From contig JAVKHN010000005.1 of the NCBI GenBank assembly GCA_031459935.1, positions 8,102 to 72,101 of the forward strand: a DNA stretch of 64,000 bases. Reading direction: 5' to 3'. This DNA is from Candidatus Sysuimicrobium calidum (GTDB lineage: Bacteria; Sysuimicrobiota; Sysuimicrobiia; Sysuimicrobiales; Sysuimicrobiaceae). A program made the position numbers and the translations under genes. Of the stretch, positions 42,465 to 50,422 are shown one piece after another. Each line of letters opens with the position of its first letter. Within the stretch, counting starts at the first letter, position 1. Below the pieces are notes generated by a model. That model saw only the letters and a list, made by a program, of their open reading frames with translations, made no database searches and was not told where the DNA came from.

Positions 42465-44432
42465 CTACCGGCTCAGCTCCTCCCGGGCCAGTTGCTCATA
42501 GACTGCGAGCACCTCGGGGTTCGCGAGCGCCCCCCGTAGCTGCGGGGGGATCTCCCCACCGTTCACGATCCGCCACACGGCCCCTTCCGCCCGCTTGAGG
42601 TTCAGGGTGTAGGGGATGTCTGGCACCTCCAGGATCCTGGCGGGGACGTGGCGAGGGCTCGCTTCCTGCCGCAGGCGCGTCCGGATGCGCTCCGCGAGCT
42701 CCTCCGTGAGCCTCAGGCCCTCCCGGGGCGCCACGAACAGGACGATGCGCTCGTCGCCCTTCCACTTCTGCCCCACCACCAGGCAGTCCCGGATCTCCGG
42801 CACCCGGGCGAGCACGGAGTAGATCTCCGCGGGCCCGATGCGGACCCCGGAGGGCTTGAGCACGAAGTCGCTGCGACCGAGCGGGATGAAGCCGCCGGTG
42901 GCGGGATCCCTCTGCACGTAGTCCCCGTGCCGCCAGATCCCGGGGTACTTGCCGAAGTAGGTGGCCCGAAACTGCTCGCCGTCCCGGTCGCCCCAGAGGC
43001 CCAGCGGGACGCTGGGGAAGGGCCGCTCCACCACCAGTTCCCCCGGCTCGCCCACCAGAGGCCGGCCCTCCTCATCGTAGACGTTCGCCTTCACGCCCAG
43101 GGCCGGCCCTGCGATCTGCCCCGCGTACACCGGTTGCCAGGGGGTTCCCTCCAGAATCCCCATCTGGACGTCCGTGCCGCCAAGCCCGGAGTTGAAGAAC
43201 AGGTCCTGCTTGATGTGCTCGTAGACGTACTGGAAGCCCTCCGCGGGCAGGGCCGAGCCGCTCTGGAACATGGAGCGGAGGGTCCCCAGGCGACAGGTGC
43301 GGCGGGGACGCACACCGGCCTCCATGCACGCGAGCAGGAAGGTGGCCCCGCAGCCCACGAGGTTCACCCCCTCCCGGTCAACGAGCCTCCAGATCACCTC
43401 CGCATCCGGGTACAGGGGCGCGCCGTCGTAGAGGACCACGGTGGCGCCCAGGATCAGGCTGCTGGGCTGGACGTTCCACACCATCCAGGTGGGACTCGAG
43501 AGAAACAGGACCCGATCACCCGCCCGGGTGTCCATCTGGAGGCCGAGGGTCTTGAGGTGGGCGGAGAGGGTCCCGGCCACGCTGTGGATCACGCACTTGG
43601 GCCGGCCCGTGACCCCGGAGGTGAACAGCACGATGTGGGGGTGATGGGCGTCCACGGGGCGGAAGGCAAACGGTGCGCGCGGCGTCCGCCCTAGAAACTC
43701 CGCCCAAGGAACCGCCTTCTCCGGGAGGCGCGGGGGGAGGTCCTCTTCCGCATAGGGCGTCACGATGATCCGGCGCAGCGATGGGAGTGCTTTCGCGAGC
43801 TCCGCCACCCGCTCGAGGTTGTCGTACACCTTCCCGCGGTAAACGTAGCGGTCCACGGTGAACAGGACCTTGGGATCCAGCTGGCCCAGCCGGTCCACGG
43901 TGGCCGGTACTCCCAGGTCCGTGCCGCACACGCACCACACCGCGCCCACCGCAGAGGAGGCCAGCAGGGCGAGAACCCCCTCGGGGATGTTGGGGAGGTA
44001 GCCAGCGACCACGTCCCCGGGTCCGATCCCCTCCGCGGCAAGGCTTGCGGCCAGGGCCTCCACGGTGCTCGCGACCTGCTGGAAGGTGTAGGTGCGCGTA
44101 TCTCCCTGCTCGCTGTGGAACACCAGGGCGGGCTGGTCGTCCCGTCGGCGCAGGGCGTTCTCCGCGTAGTTCAGCCGCGCACCCACGAACCACCGGGCTC
44201 CGGGGAATCTGTGAACGTCCTCCACCACCGTTCGGTGCGGGGTGTGTTGTCGGACCCCGTAGAATTCCCAGATTCCTCCCCAGAACTCTCCGGGAAAGTC
44301 CACGGACCACGCGTGCAGGGTCTCGAAGCGCTGCAGGTTCCGGCCGAATCTCGCCTCCGCCCACCGCGCGAACCGGCTGAGCTCTGCCTGGGCCCTGCGC
44401 TCCGCGGAGGGCTCCCACAGACGCTGCGTCAC
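42465..44432 (-). CDS. acetoacetyl-CoA synthetase (AMP-forming acyl-CoA synthetase family)
   Basis: Likely GTG start VTQRLWEPSAERR within ORF 42465..44603. AMP-binding motifs LFTSGVTGRPKCV, ...GGTDV..., ...GDYVQRDPATGGFIPLGRSDFVLKPSGVRIGPAEIYSVL. Confidence 0.8.
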   Translation of the reverse strand: MTQRLWEPSAERRAQAELSRFARWAEARFGRNLQRFETLHAWSVDFPGEFWGGIWEFYGVRQHTPHRTVVEDVHRFPGARWFVGARLNYAENALRRRDDQPALVFHSEQGDTRTYTFQQVASTVEALAASLAAEGIGPGDVVAGYLPNIPEGVLALLASSAVGAVWCVCGTDLGVPATVDRLGQLDPKVLFTVDRYVYRGKVYDNLERVAELAKALPSLRRIIVTPYAEEDLPPRLPEKAVPWAEFLGRTPRAPFAFRPVDAHHPHIVLFTSGVTGRPKCVIHSVAGTLSAHLKTLGLQMDTRAGDRVLFLSSPTWMVWNVQPSSLILGATVVLYDGAPLYPDAEVIWRLVDREGVNLVGCGATFLLACMEAGVRPRRTCRLGTLRSMFQSGSALPAEGFQYVYEHIKQDLFFNSGLGGTDVQMGILEGTPWQPVYAGQIAGPALGVKANVYDEEGRPLVGEPGELVVERPFPSVPLGLWGDRDGEQFRATYFGKYPGIWRHGDYVQRDPATGGFIPLGRSDFVLKPSGVRIGPAEIYSVLARVPEIRDCLVVGQKWKGDERIVLFVAPREGLRLTEELAERIRTRLRQEASPRHVPARILEVPDIPYTLNLKRAEGAVWRIVNGGEIPPQLRGALANPEVLAVYEQLAREELSR

Positions 44433-44503
44433 CTCTCCGGCACCCCCTCTCCCCGCTGAAGATGCAGCCTGAAGCTTAGCAGATCCCGTCCAGCAGAGAA
44501 ATG

Positions 44504-46645
44504 CTAGCCCACCTGGGCTACGGCGGCTTCCGAGGTGACGCGGAGCGTCCGCGCCCTCCAGAGGGTCCGGCCTGTGAGCTCGTCCATGAGAGGGATCGCC
44601 CACCTCTCGACCACCCGAGCGTGCGTTCCCAGACCGCGCCCCCAGGGTCGAACCCGGAGCACCACCCCTTCGGTGGGGAGTTCAGGGGACCACAGGTCCC
44701 ACCCCCACGGCCGCTCCCATCCGACCGCCCAGCTTTCCTTTCCGTCCCATCCGATCCCGTAGACGGCCACGCGGGCCCTCTCGGGACCTCTCATCTTCTG
44801 CCATTCCGGCCGCTCTCCCCACCCCGCAGGGCCGGGATGAGCGGCGAGGAAGGCACGGTGGGTCACGAGGAGAACGGTGGAAAGGAGCTCCGTGGGGAGG
44901 TCCGTATCCTCGAAGCGAACCCCCAAAGCCGTTCCTGCGGAGGTGATTTGCATCCACACGGGTCTTGCGCGCAGCTCCAGGTGCGAAGCGGGCCACCCCT
45001 CCGCGATCCGGATCCTTACCTTCATCTCCCGCGTGGGGACCAACACCGCCTCGGGGAGCAGCAGGGAAGCCCCCGCCTCGTGACAGTCCAGGAGGACTGC
45101 CACGAGCTCCTTCTCCCCTAGGCTGCACCGCACGGGGAGGTGTGCGGTGAGGCGGTAGTGGGTGCGCCGCTCCCGGTGGGTCCACAGGTGGGCCATGGCC
45201 CACGCGGCGAGGGCGATGTGCACGCTCGCCCACACGGTGTTCACCGCATACGCGAGGGGGAAGCTCCCGTTCTTCCAGGCGCCCACCGCACCGGAGAAAA
45301 GCCCTACGAGGTTCAGCGCGAGCACGCATGCCTGGGGCAGGAGGATCCGGGGGGAAAGCGCCTCTACCCGTCCCTTGGGGGTCACCCGGAACTCCGGCGG
45401 ACGGCGGGAGAAGAGGAGGTATGTGGCCCGGATGTATGTGGCGAACCGGGCCATGGCGAACTTCTCCGCGCGGAGAAGGGAGCCGTAGCCCCGGCTCGCG
45501 AGGTGGAAGGCCCATGCCATGGCCCCGTGATATGCCGTCCACAGGAGGAAGAAGGGGAAGTCGAAAGTCCGGATGGGCAGGATGCCCGTGAGGAGGAAGA
45601 CGGGTGGGGAAAGGTAGTACACCAGCTTGCGCCATCCCTCGAACCAGGTGATGAGGGAGGCGAGGTAGCTCAGCCGCTGGGGGAGGGTGAGCCCGGGGCC
45701 GGCAAGCGGGTTCTCGAGGCGAAGCACTTGCATGGCACCCTGACCCCACCGCAGCCGCTGCCGCAGGTATGCGCGGCCGGAGGCGGGTGCCACGCCGTAG
45801 GCCAGGGTCTCGTTGTGGTAGATGGACTTCCAGCCCCGGCGGTGCAGTCGCAGGGAAGTCAAGATGTCCTCCGTTACGGACTCCACCGCGAATCCCCCCA
45901 CCTCCTGGAGCGCCTTGCGCCGCAGCACCGCGGGCGAACCGCAGTAAAAGGCCGCGTTCATCCGGTCCTTCCCTGGCTGGATCACGCGGAAGAACAGCGC
46001 CTGCTCGTGCCAGGTGAGGCCGGTCTGTGGATCCACCCAGTGCTGATAGGAGTCGATGTTGTAGAACTCCTGCGGGACCTGTACCAGGGCCACCCGTTCG
46101 TCCGTGAAGTAGCCTAACACCCGGTCCAGGAACTCCGGCACCGGCACGTGGTCCGCGTCCAGCACCGCGATGAACGCTCCCCGGGAGTGCTGGAGCCCGT
46201 AATTGAGGTTTCCCGCCTTCGCGTGTTCCCGCACCGGACGTGCGAGGTAGTGGCACCCCACCTCCCTGGCCAGGGCCGCCACCTCCGGACGGTTCCCGTC
46301 GTCCAGCACGTAGGTCTCGTGCGGGTAGCGGATGTTCTTCGCGCCAAGAAGCGTGCGACGCAGGAGCCACAGGGGCTCGTCGTAGGTGGGCACGAAGACG
46401 TCCACGGAAAGGCCCGGAGGAGCGGGGGGCGGATCCTTCCGATCCGTGAGCCGCCAAACCATGAAGAAGAACAGGGCCATCTCCACCCACCCCGCGAGCT
46501 CCGCGGCCCAAAGGGGCACGGAGAACCACAGAGCCTGCGGGTTGAAGGTGTACAGGAGCCGCCACGTGAGGTAAACGAGCCCACCCAAAGCAGCGGTGAG
46601 CATCGCAAGCCGCGCGAGCCGTTCCTGAACCACAATCTCCTCCAC
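44504..46645 (-). CDS. family-2 glycosyltransferase, cellulose-synthase (BcsA)-like, with C-terminal PilZ domain
   Basis: 713 aa. N-terminal TM helices, GT2 catalytic motifs (VFVPTYDEP, VLDDGN, LDADH, TEDILTS, QRLRWGQG = QxxRW). C-terminal region with RxxxR...DxSxxG-like PilZ features. Confidence 0.8.
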   Translation of the reverse strand: MEEIVVQERLARLAMLTAALGGLVYLTWRLLYTFNPQALWFSVPLWAAELAGWVEMALFFFMVWRLTDRKDPPPAPPGLSVDVFVPTYDEPLWLLRRTLLGAKNIRYPHETYVLDDGNRPEVAALAREVGCHYLARPVREHAKAGNLNYGLQHSRGAFIAVLDADHVPVPEFLDRVLGYFTDERVALVQVPQEFYNIDSYQHWVDPQTGLTWHEQALFFRVIQPGKDRMNAAFYCGSPAVLRRKALQEVGGFAVESVTEDILTSLRLHRRGWKSIYHNETLAYGVAPASGRAYLRQRLRWGQGAMQVLRLENPLAGPGLTLPQRLSYLASLITWFEGWRKLVYYLSPPVFLLTGILPIRTFDFPFFLLWTAYHGAMAWAFHLASRGYGSLLRAEKFAMARFATYIRATYLLFSRRPPEFRVTPKGRVEALSPRILLPQACVLALNLVGLFSGAVGAWKNGSFPLAYAVNTVWASVHIALAAWAMAHLWTHRERRTHYRLTAHLPVRCSLGEKELVAVLLDCHEAGASLLLPEAVLVPTREMKVRIRIAEGWPASHLELRARPVWMQITSAGTALGVRFEDTDLPTELLSTVLLVTHRAFLAAHPGPAGWGERPEWQKMRGPERARVAVYGIGWDGKESWAVGWERPWGWDLWSPELPTEGVVLRVRPWGRGLGTHARVVERWAIPLMDELTGRTLWRARTLRVTSEAAVAQVG

Positions 46646-46692
46646 GAAGCACTGCGGATGGAGACCCGCTTAGGAGCAAGAACAATGCCATT

Positions 46693-47505
46693 CTAAGCGG
46701 GCGGGCGGAGGAGATCCAGACGTCCCTCCCGAGCCGCGGCCAGGTAGCGGCGGCAGTAGGGGTCCTGGCCGAGAAGAGCGTGGGCGGCGAGGAGGTGGGC
46801 CATGAGCCGGCGATCCAGGGGGTTGAGGATGAAGGCGTCCATCCCGTGTGCGAGGCAGAGGACGAAGAACACCTGGTTCAGCAGGGCCCGGTGCGGGAGC
46901 CCGAAGGAAACGTTGCTGAGGCCGCAGATGAGGTGGACCTGCGGGAACCGGTCTCGGATGAGGTCCACGGCCCGCAGGAACTCCCGCCCCGCGTTGGGGT
47001 CCGTGGCCACGGGCAGGAGCAGGGGGTCCACGTAGATGTCCTCCGCGGCCACTCCGGCCTCCAGCAGACCCTCCACCAGACGCACCGCGATCTCGAACTT
47101 TCGCTCCGCGGTCCTCGGGACTCCCGCATCGTCGATGCAGGTGGCCACCACCTCGGGCCGGTACTCCTGAAGGAGCGGGAGGAGGCTGTGCCAGCGATCG
47201 CGTTCCAGGTTGATGGCGTTCACCACGGCACGGCCCCGATGGACCTCCAGCCCCCGCCGGATCGCCTCCGGGTTTGGGCTGTCAAGGCTGATGCGCACCT
47301 CCAGCGCGCCCTGGATGGTGCGCACCGCCCACTCCATGCACCGTGCCTCGTCCTCCAGCAGGGTGGCGCAGTTCACGTCCAGGATCGGGGTTCCGGCCTC
47401 CACCTGACGTCGTGCCAGCTCCACCAGGGCTGCCTGGTCCCGGGATCGGAGGATGGGTTCCACTTGCTTGCGCGTGGCGTTGATGAGCTCGCCGATCAGC
47501 ACCAT
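46693..47505 (-). CDS. pterin-binding methyltransferase (methyl-corrinoid:tetrahydrofolate methyltransferase, MtvA/AcsE-like)
   Basis: Internal start MVLIGELINATRKQV at ~47505. Pterin-binding TIM-barrel motifs (ILDVNCAT, ISLDSPNPEAIRRGLEV, VNAINLE, ICGLSNVSFGLP). ~270 aa. Confidence 0.75.
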   Translation of the reverse strand: MVLIGELINATRKQVEPILRSRDQAALVELARRQVEAGTPILDVNCATLLEDEARCMEWAVRTIQGALEVRISLDSPNPEAIRRGLEVHRGRAVVNAINLERDRWHSLLPLLQEYRPEVVATCIDDAGVPRTAERKFEIAVRLVEGLLEAGVAAEDIYVDPLLLPVATDPNAGREFLRAVDLIRDRFPQVHLICGLSNVSFGLPHRALLNQVFFVLCLAHGMDAFILNPLDRRLMAHLLAAHALLGQDPYCRRYLAAAREGRLDLLRPPA

Positions 47506-47659
47506 GGTGCCCTCACGGGAAAGGTTTCCTGCATTATAAAATTCCTCCCTCGGTCCATCAAAAATCGGGTCCGCGCCGGATACCGGCTCCTCCGCGCGCA
47601 CGATAGATTGCGATACGCAAAAGCTTTTCTGCCCGTGAAGACCAAACACCGATTCGCAA

Positions 47660-48352
47660 ATGCCCGTTTGGGCAAACACAGACCTCCGGGAGGTGAGCGA
47701 GATGGCGGTGAGCACACAGGAGCTCGCGGAAGCGATCGCACAGCTGCGGGAGCAGGAGGCCGTGCAGGCGGCCCGGGAGCTGCTGGAGGGAGGGGCTTCT
47801 CCCACGGAGATCTTCGAGGCGTGTCGGCAGGGCGTGGAGGTGATCGGCCAGCAGTACGAAAAAGGACTGTGCTTTTTGCCGGAACTCCTGCTGGCAGGGG
47901 AGATCCTCACCCAGATCTCCCGGATGGTGCGGGAACGGTATCCCACAGAGGCGGAGGCACGGCCTGCGGAGGCGAAGGTGGTGCTCGGCACGGTCCAGGG
48001 GGACATCCACGACATCGGCAAGAACATGGTGGCCTTCCTGCTGGAGGCGAACGGCTTCCAGGTGGTGGACCTGGGGGTGGATGTGCCGCCGGAGACCTTC
48101 GTGGAGAGCGTGAAGCGGGAGCAGGCGAAGGTGGTGGGGATGAGCTGTCTGCTGACCGTGGGGCACCAGTCCATGAAGCGGACCGTCCAGGCTCTCGCGG
48201 ACGCCGGAGTGCGGGAAGGGGTGCGGATCATGATCGGCGGGGCAGCCACCAACGAACAGGTCCGCTCCTACGTGGGCGCGGATGCCTGGGGCCAGAACGC
48301 CGCGGACGCGATACGCCTTGCCCGGGAGTGGCTGGGAGGAGGTGGTTCCTGA
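47660..48352 (+). CDS. corrinoid (cobalamin-binding) protein
   Basis: B12-binding cap helices then Rossmann domain with DIHDIGKN (DxHxxG) and MSCLLT motifs. Stop overlaps the next gene's ATG (TGATG). Confidence 0.8.
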   Translation: MPVWANTDLREVSEMAVSTQELAEAIAQLREQEAVQAARELLEGGASPTEIFEACRQGVEVIGQQYEKGLCFLPELLLAGEILTQISRMVRERYPTEAEARPAEAKVVLGTVQGDIHDIGKNMVAFLLEANGFQVVDLGVDVPPETFVESVKREQAKVVGMSCLLTVGHQSMKRTVQALADAGVREGVRIMIGGAATNEQVRSYVGADAWGQNAADAIRLAREWLGGGGS

Positions 48353-49698
48353 TGCTGCCGGAGGGGTGGAAGAGCCGGTCGAGCGCGGAGCGGTTCGCCC
48401 TGCGGTTCGCTGCGTGGAAGGAGGGGAGGGGGATCCCCTTTGCCTCCGAGGAGGCAAGGAGGGCCTACCAGGAGCGGGTCCAGCGGTTCTGGGACGTGGT
48501 GGAGCTGCGCCGGCCGGATCGGGTGCCCACGAGCCTGGTGGTGGGGTTCTATCCCGCGAAGTACGCGGGGATCACCACGTGGGAGGCCATGTACGACTAC
48601 GACAAGCTCGGGATGGCATGGCGCAAGTTCAACGAGGACTTCCCCACAGACAGCCTCACCTCGTGCCTGCTGATCTTTCCCGGCCGGGTGGCGGAGATCC
48701 TGGACGTCCGGTACTACCGGTGGCCGGGCCACGGGGTTCCCGAGGACGTCTCGTACCAGTACATGGAAGGGGAGTACATGCGGGAGGAGGAGTACGACTG
48801 GTTCATCGAGGACCCCACGGACTTCCTCCTGCGGGCCTGGCTGCCCCGGGTGGTGGGCGCCCTCGAGGGGCTTCGGCAGCTGCTGCCCGTGACCCCCTGG
48901 CTGGAGTATCCCGTGGCCGGCCCCTATCTCCTGCGCCTGAGCGCTCCGGAGGTCCAGCGGGCCTTGGAGAGCCTGCTGGAGGCGGGACGGGCCACCCTGG
49001 AATGGGCCCAGAAGGCTGCGGCCATAGACCAGGAGAGCACGGCGCAGTTGGGGCTTCCCAGCCTCTGGGGCGGGTTCACCAAGGCTCCCTTCGACGCCCT
49101 GGCGGACACCCTGCGCGGGACGCGGGGGATCATGCTGGACATCTACCGCCGGCCAGACCGGCTCCTGCGGGCCCTGGAGCGGATGACGCCCCTCATGATC
49201 CGGATGGGGGTGGAGGGTGCGAGTTTCGGATCCAGCCCCTTTATCTTCATCCCCCTCCACAAGGGCGCGGATGGCTTCATGTCCCGGGAGACCTTCGCCC
49301 GGTTCTACTGGCCCTTCCTGAAGGCGGTGATCCTGGGACTCATCGAGGAGGGGTTCGTTCCCTGGCTGTTCGTGGAGGGGAGCTACAACGAGCGGGTGGA
49401 CTTCCTGGGAGATCCGGAGCTCCCGCGGGGCCGCACCTTCTGGCACTTCGATCAGACGGACATGAGGCGGGTGAAGGAGGTGCTGGGCGGAAAAGCCGCC
49501 TTCGGCGGGAACGTGCCCGCCTCCCTTCTGCACGTGGGCACCCCAGAGGAGGTCCGGCGGTACGTGCGGGATCTCATCGAGGCCGTGGCCCAAGACGGCG
49601 GGTTCGTGCTCCTCAACGGCGCGGTCCTGGAGGACGCCAGGGCAGAGAACGTCCGGGCCATGGTGGAGGCGGGAGTGGAGTACGGACGGTATCGCTAA
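48352..49698 (+). CDS. uroporphyrinogen-decarboxylase-family methyltransferase (substrate:corrinoid methyltransferase, MtvB/MtaA-like)
   Basis: MLPEGWKSRSSAERFALRFAAWKEG... 448 aa with URO-D (TIM barrel) family features. Shares frame with the C-terminal part of track ORF 46780..49698. Confidence 0.7.
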   Translation: MLPEGWKSRSSAERFALRFAAWKEGRGIPFASEEARRAYQERVQRFWDVVELRRPDRVPTSLVVGFYPAKYAGITTWEAMYDYDKLGMAWRKFNEDFPTDSLTSCLLIFPGRVAEILDVRYYRWPGHGVPEDVSYQYMEGEYMREEEYDWFIEDPTDFLLRAWLPRVVGALEGLRQLLPVTPWLEYPVAGPYLLRLSAPEVQRALESLLEAGRATLEWAQKAAAIDQESTAQLGLPSLWGGFTKAPFDALADTLRGTRGIMLDIYRRPDRLLRALERMTPLMIRMGVEGASFGSSPFIFIPLHKGADGFMSRETFARFYWPFLKAVILGLIEEGFVPWLFVEGSYNERVDFLGDPELPRGRTFWHFDQTDMRRVKEVLGGKAAFGGNVPASLLHVGTPEEVRRYVRDLIEAVAQDGGFVLLNGAVLEDARAENVRAMVEAGVEYGRYR

Positions 49699-50348
49699 TC
49701 GGGCACACGGGGCAGGAACCCGAAAGCACCGGTGATGGACTTGCGGGGGAGAAGCGCGCCCGTGGGAGTGGCCCGCACGGGGATGCTGCAGGGTGCAAAC
49801 GCTCGGAGGAGCGTCCGGTTCTCGCCCACCTCCCAGTCCAGAAATCCCGGGGCCATACGGGCGGAGAGGCGGCACCCTCTGGCGGCGGCCTCCCGCTGGA
49901 GGAACGCACGCAGCTGGGTGAGTCCGGTTTCGATGGCGGCCCACGCCGCGGCGTCCAGGAGCAGGGCCTCCACCGCGCGCCCCTCGCGGAGGCGCTGGCC
50001 CACCAAGCTCTCCAGCTCGCCCCCGATGGTGAGCACGAACAGCGCTCCCTCCCGGGCTTCCCTCAGGATCCGGGCCAGGGCCCGGCTGCGGAAGAGGAGG
50101 TCCGCTCCGAACCGCACCTCTCCCGCCTCGGGATCTAGAACCTCCACGGGCCCGAGCCGCACCCAAGCCTGAGGGCGGATGCAGGAGGTGGCGAGCTCCG
50201 CCATCTGGGGGGCGAGCGCGCGGGCCTGTGGGCTAGCCTCCCGGTCTTTCCCCGCGTGCAGGAGCTTGAGGAGGATGGCGGGATCCACCCGTACCTCCAG
50301 CGGGAGTCGCTGAGGCGCGTCCGGGCGATCGGCGCGGGCGGAATGCAT
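49695..50348 (-). CDS. methionine-synthase activation-domain-like protein (Met_synt_B12-like)
   Basis: 217 aa. C-terminal ...ARMAPGFLDWEVGENRTLLRAF... resembles the MetH reactivation-domain motif (R.SPGYGDW). Typical accessory of corrinoid methyltransferase clusters. Confidence 0.5.
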   Translation of the reverse strand: MHSARADRPDAPQRLPLEVRVDPAILLKLLHAGKDREASPQARALAPQMAELATSCIRPQAWVRLGPVEVLDPEAGEVRFGADLLFRSRALARILREAREGALFVLTIGGELESLVGQRLREGRAVEALLLDAAAWAAIETGLTQLRAFLQREAAARGCRLSARMAPGFLDWEVGENRTLLRAFAPCSIPVRATPTGALLPRKSITGAFGFLPRVPD

Positions 50349-50422
50349 GAATCGTCTCTGGGAGGATTCGCTGGGGAGCGGCGCGTTCCCTACGGGTTGC
50401 CCCGAACACGGCGGCCGATCGT

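Noticed and set aside
44682-46691. 669-aa ORF overlapping the GT2 gene in another frame, and similar large alternate-frame ORFs (5305..6693, 12770..14206, 14219..15823, 30398..32101, 53807..55312, 61692..63986)
   Set aside because: All are shadow ORFs of strongly supported genes, with R/G/P/H-rich composition and no motifs. Such ORFs are expected from stop-codon depletion at high GC.
47506-47659. Cobalamin riboswitch upstream of the corrinoid protein gene
   Set aside because: Spacer is only ~150 nt. No B12-box-like sequence or the characteristic multi-stem architecture could be recognised.
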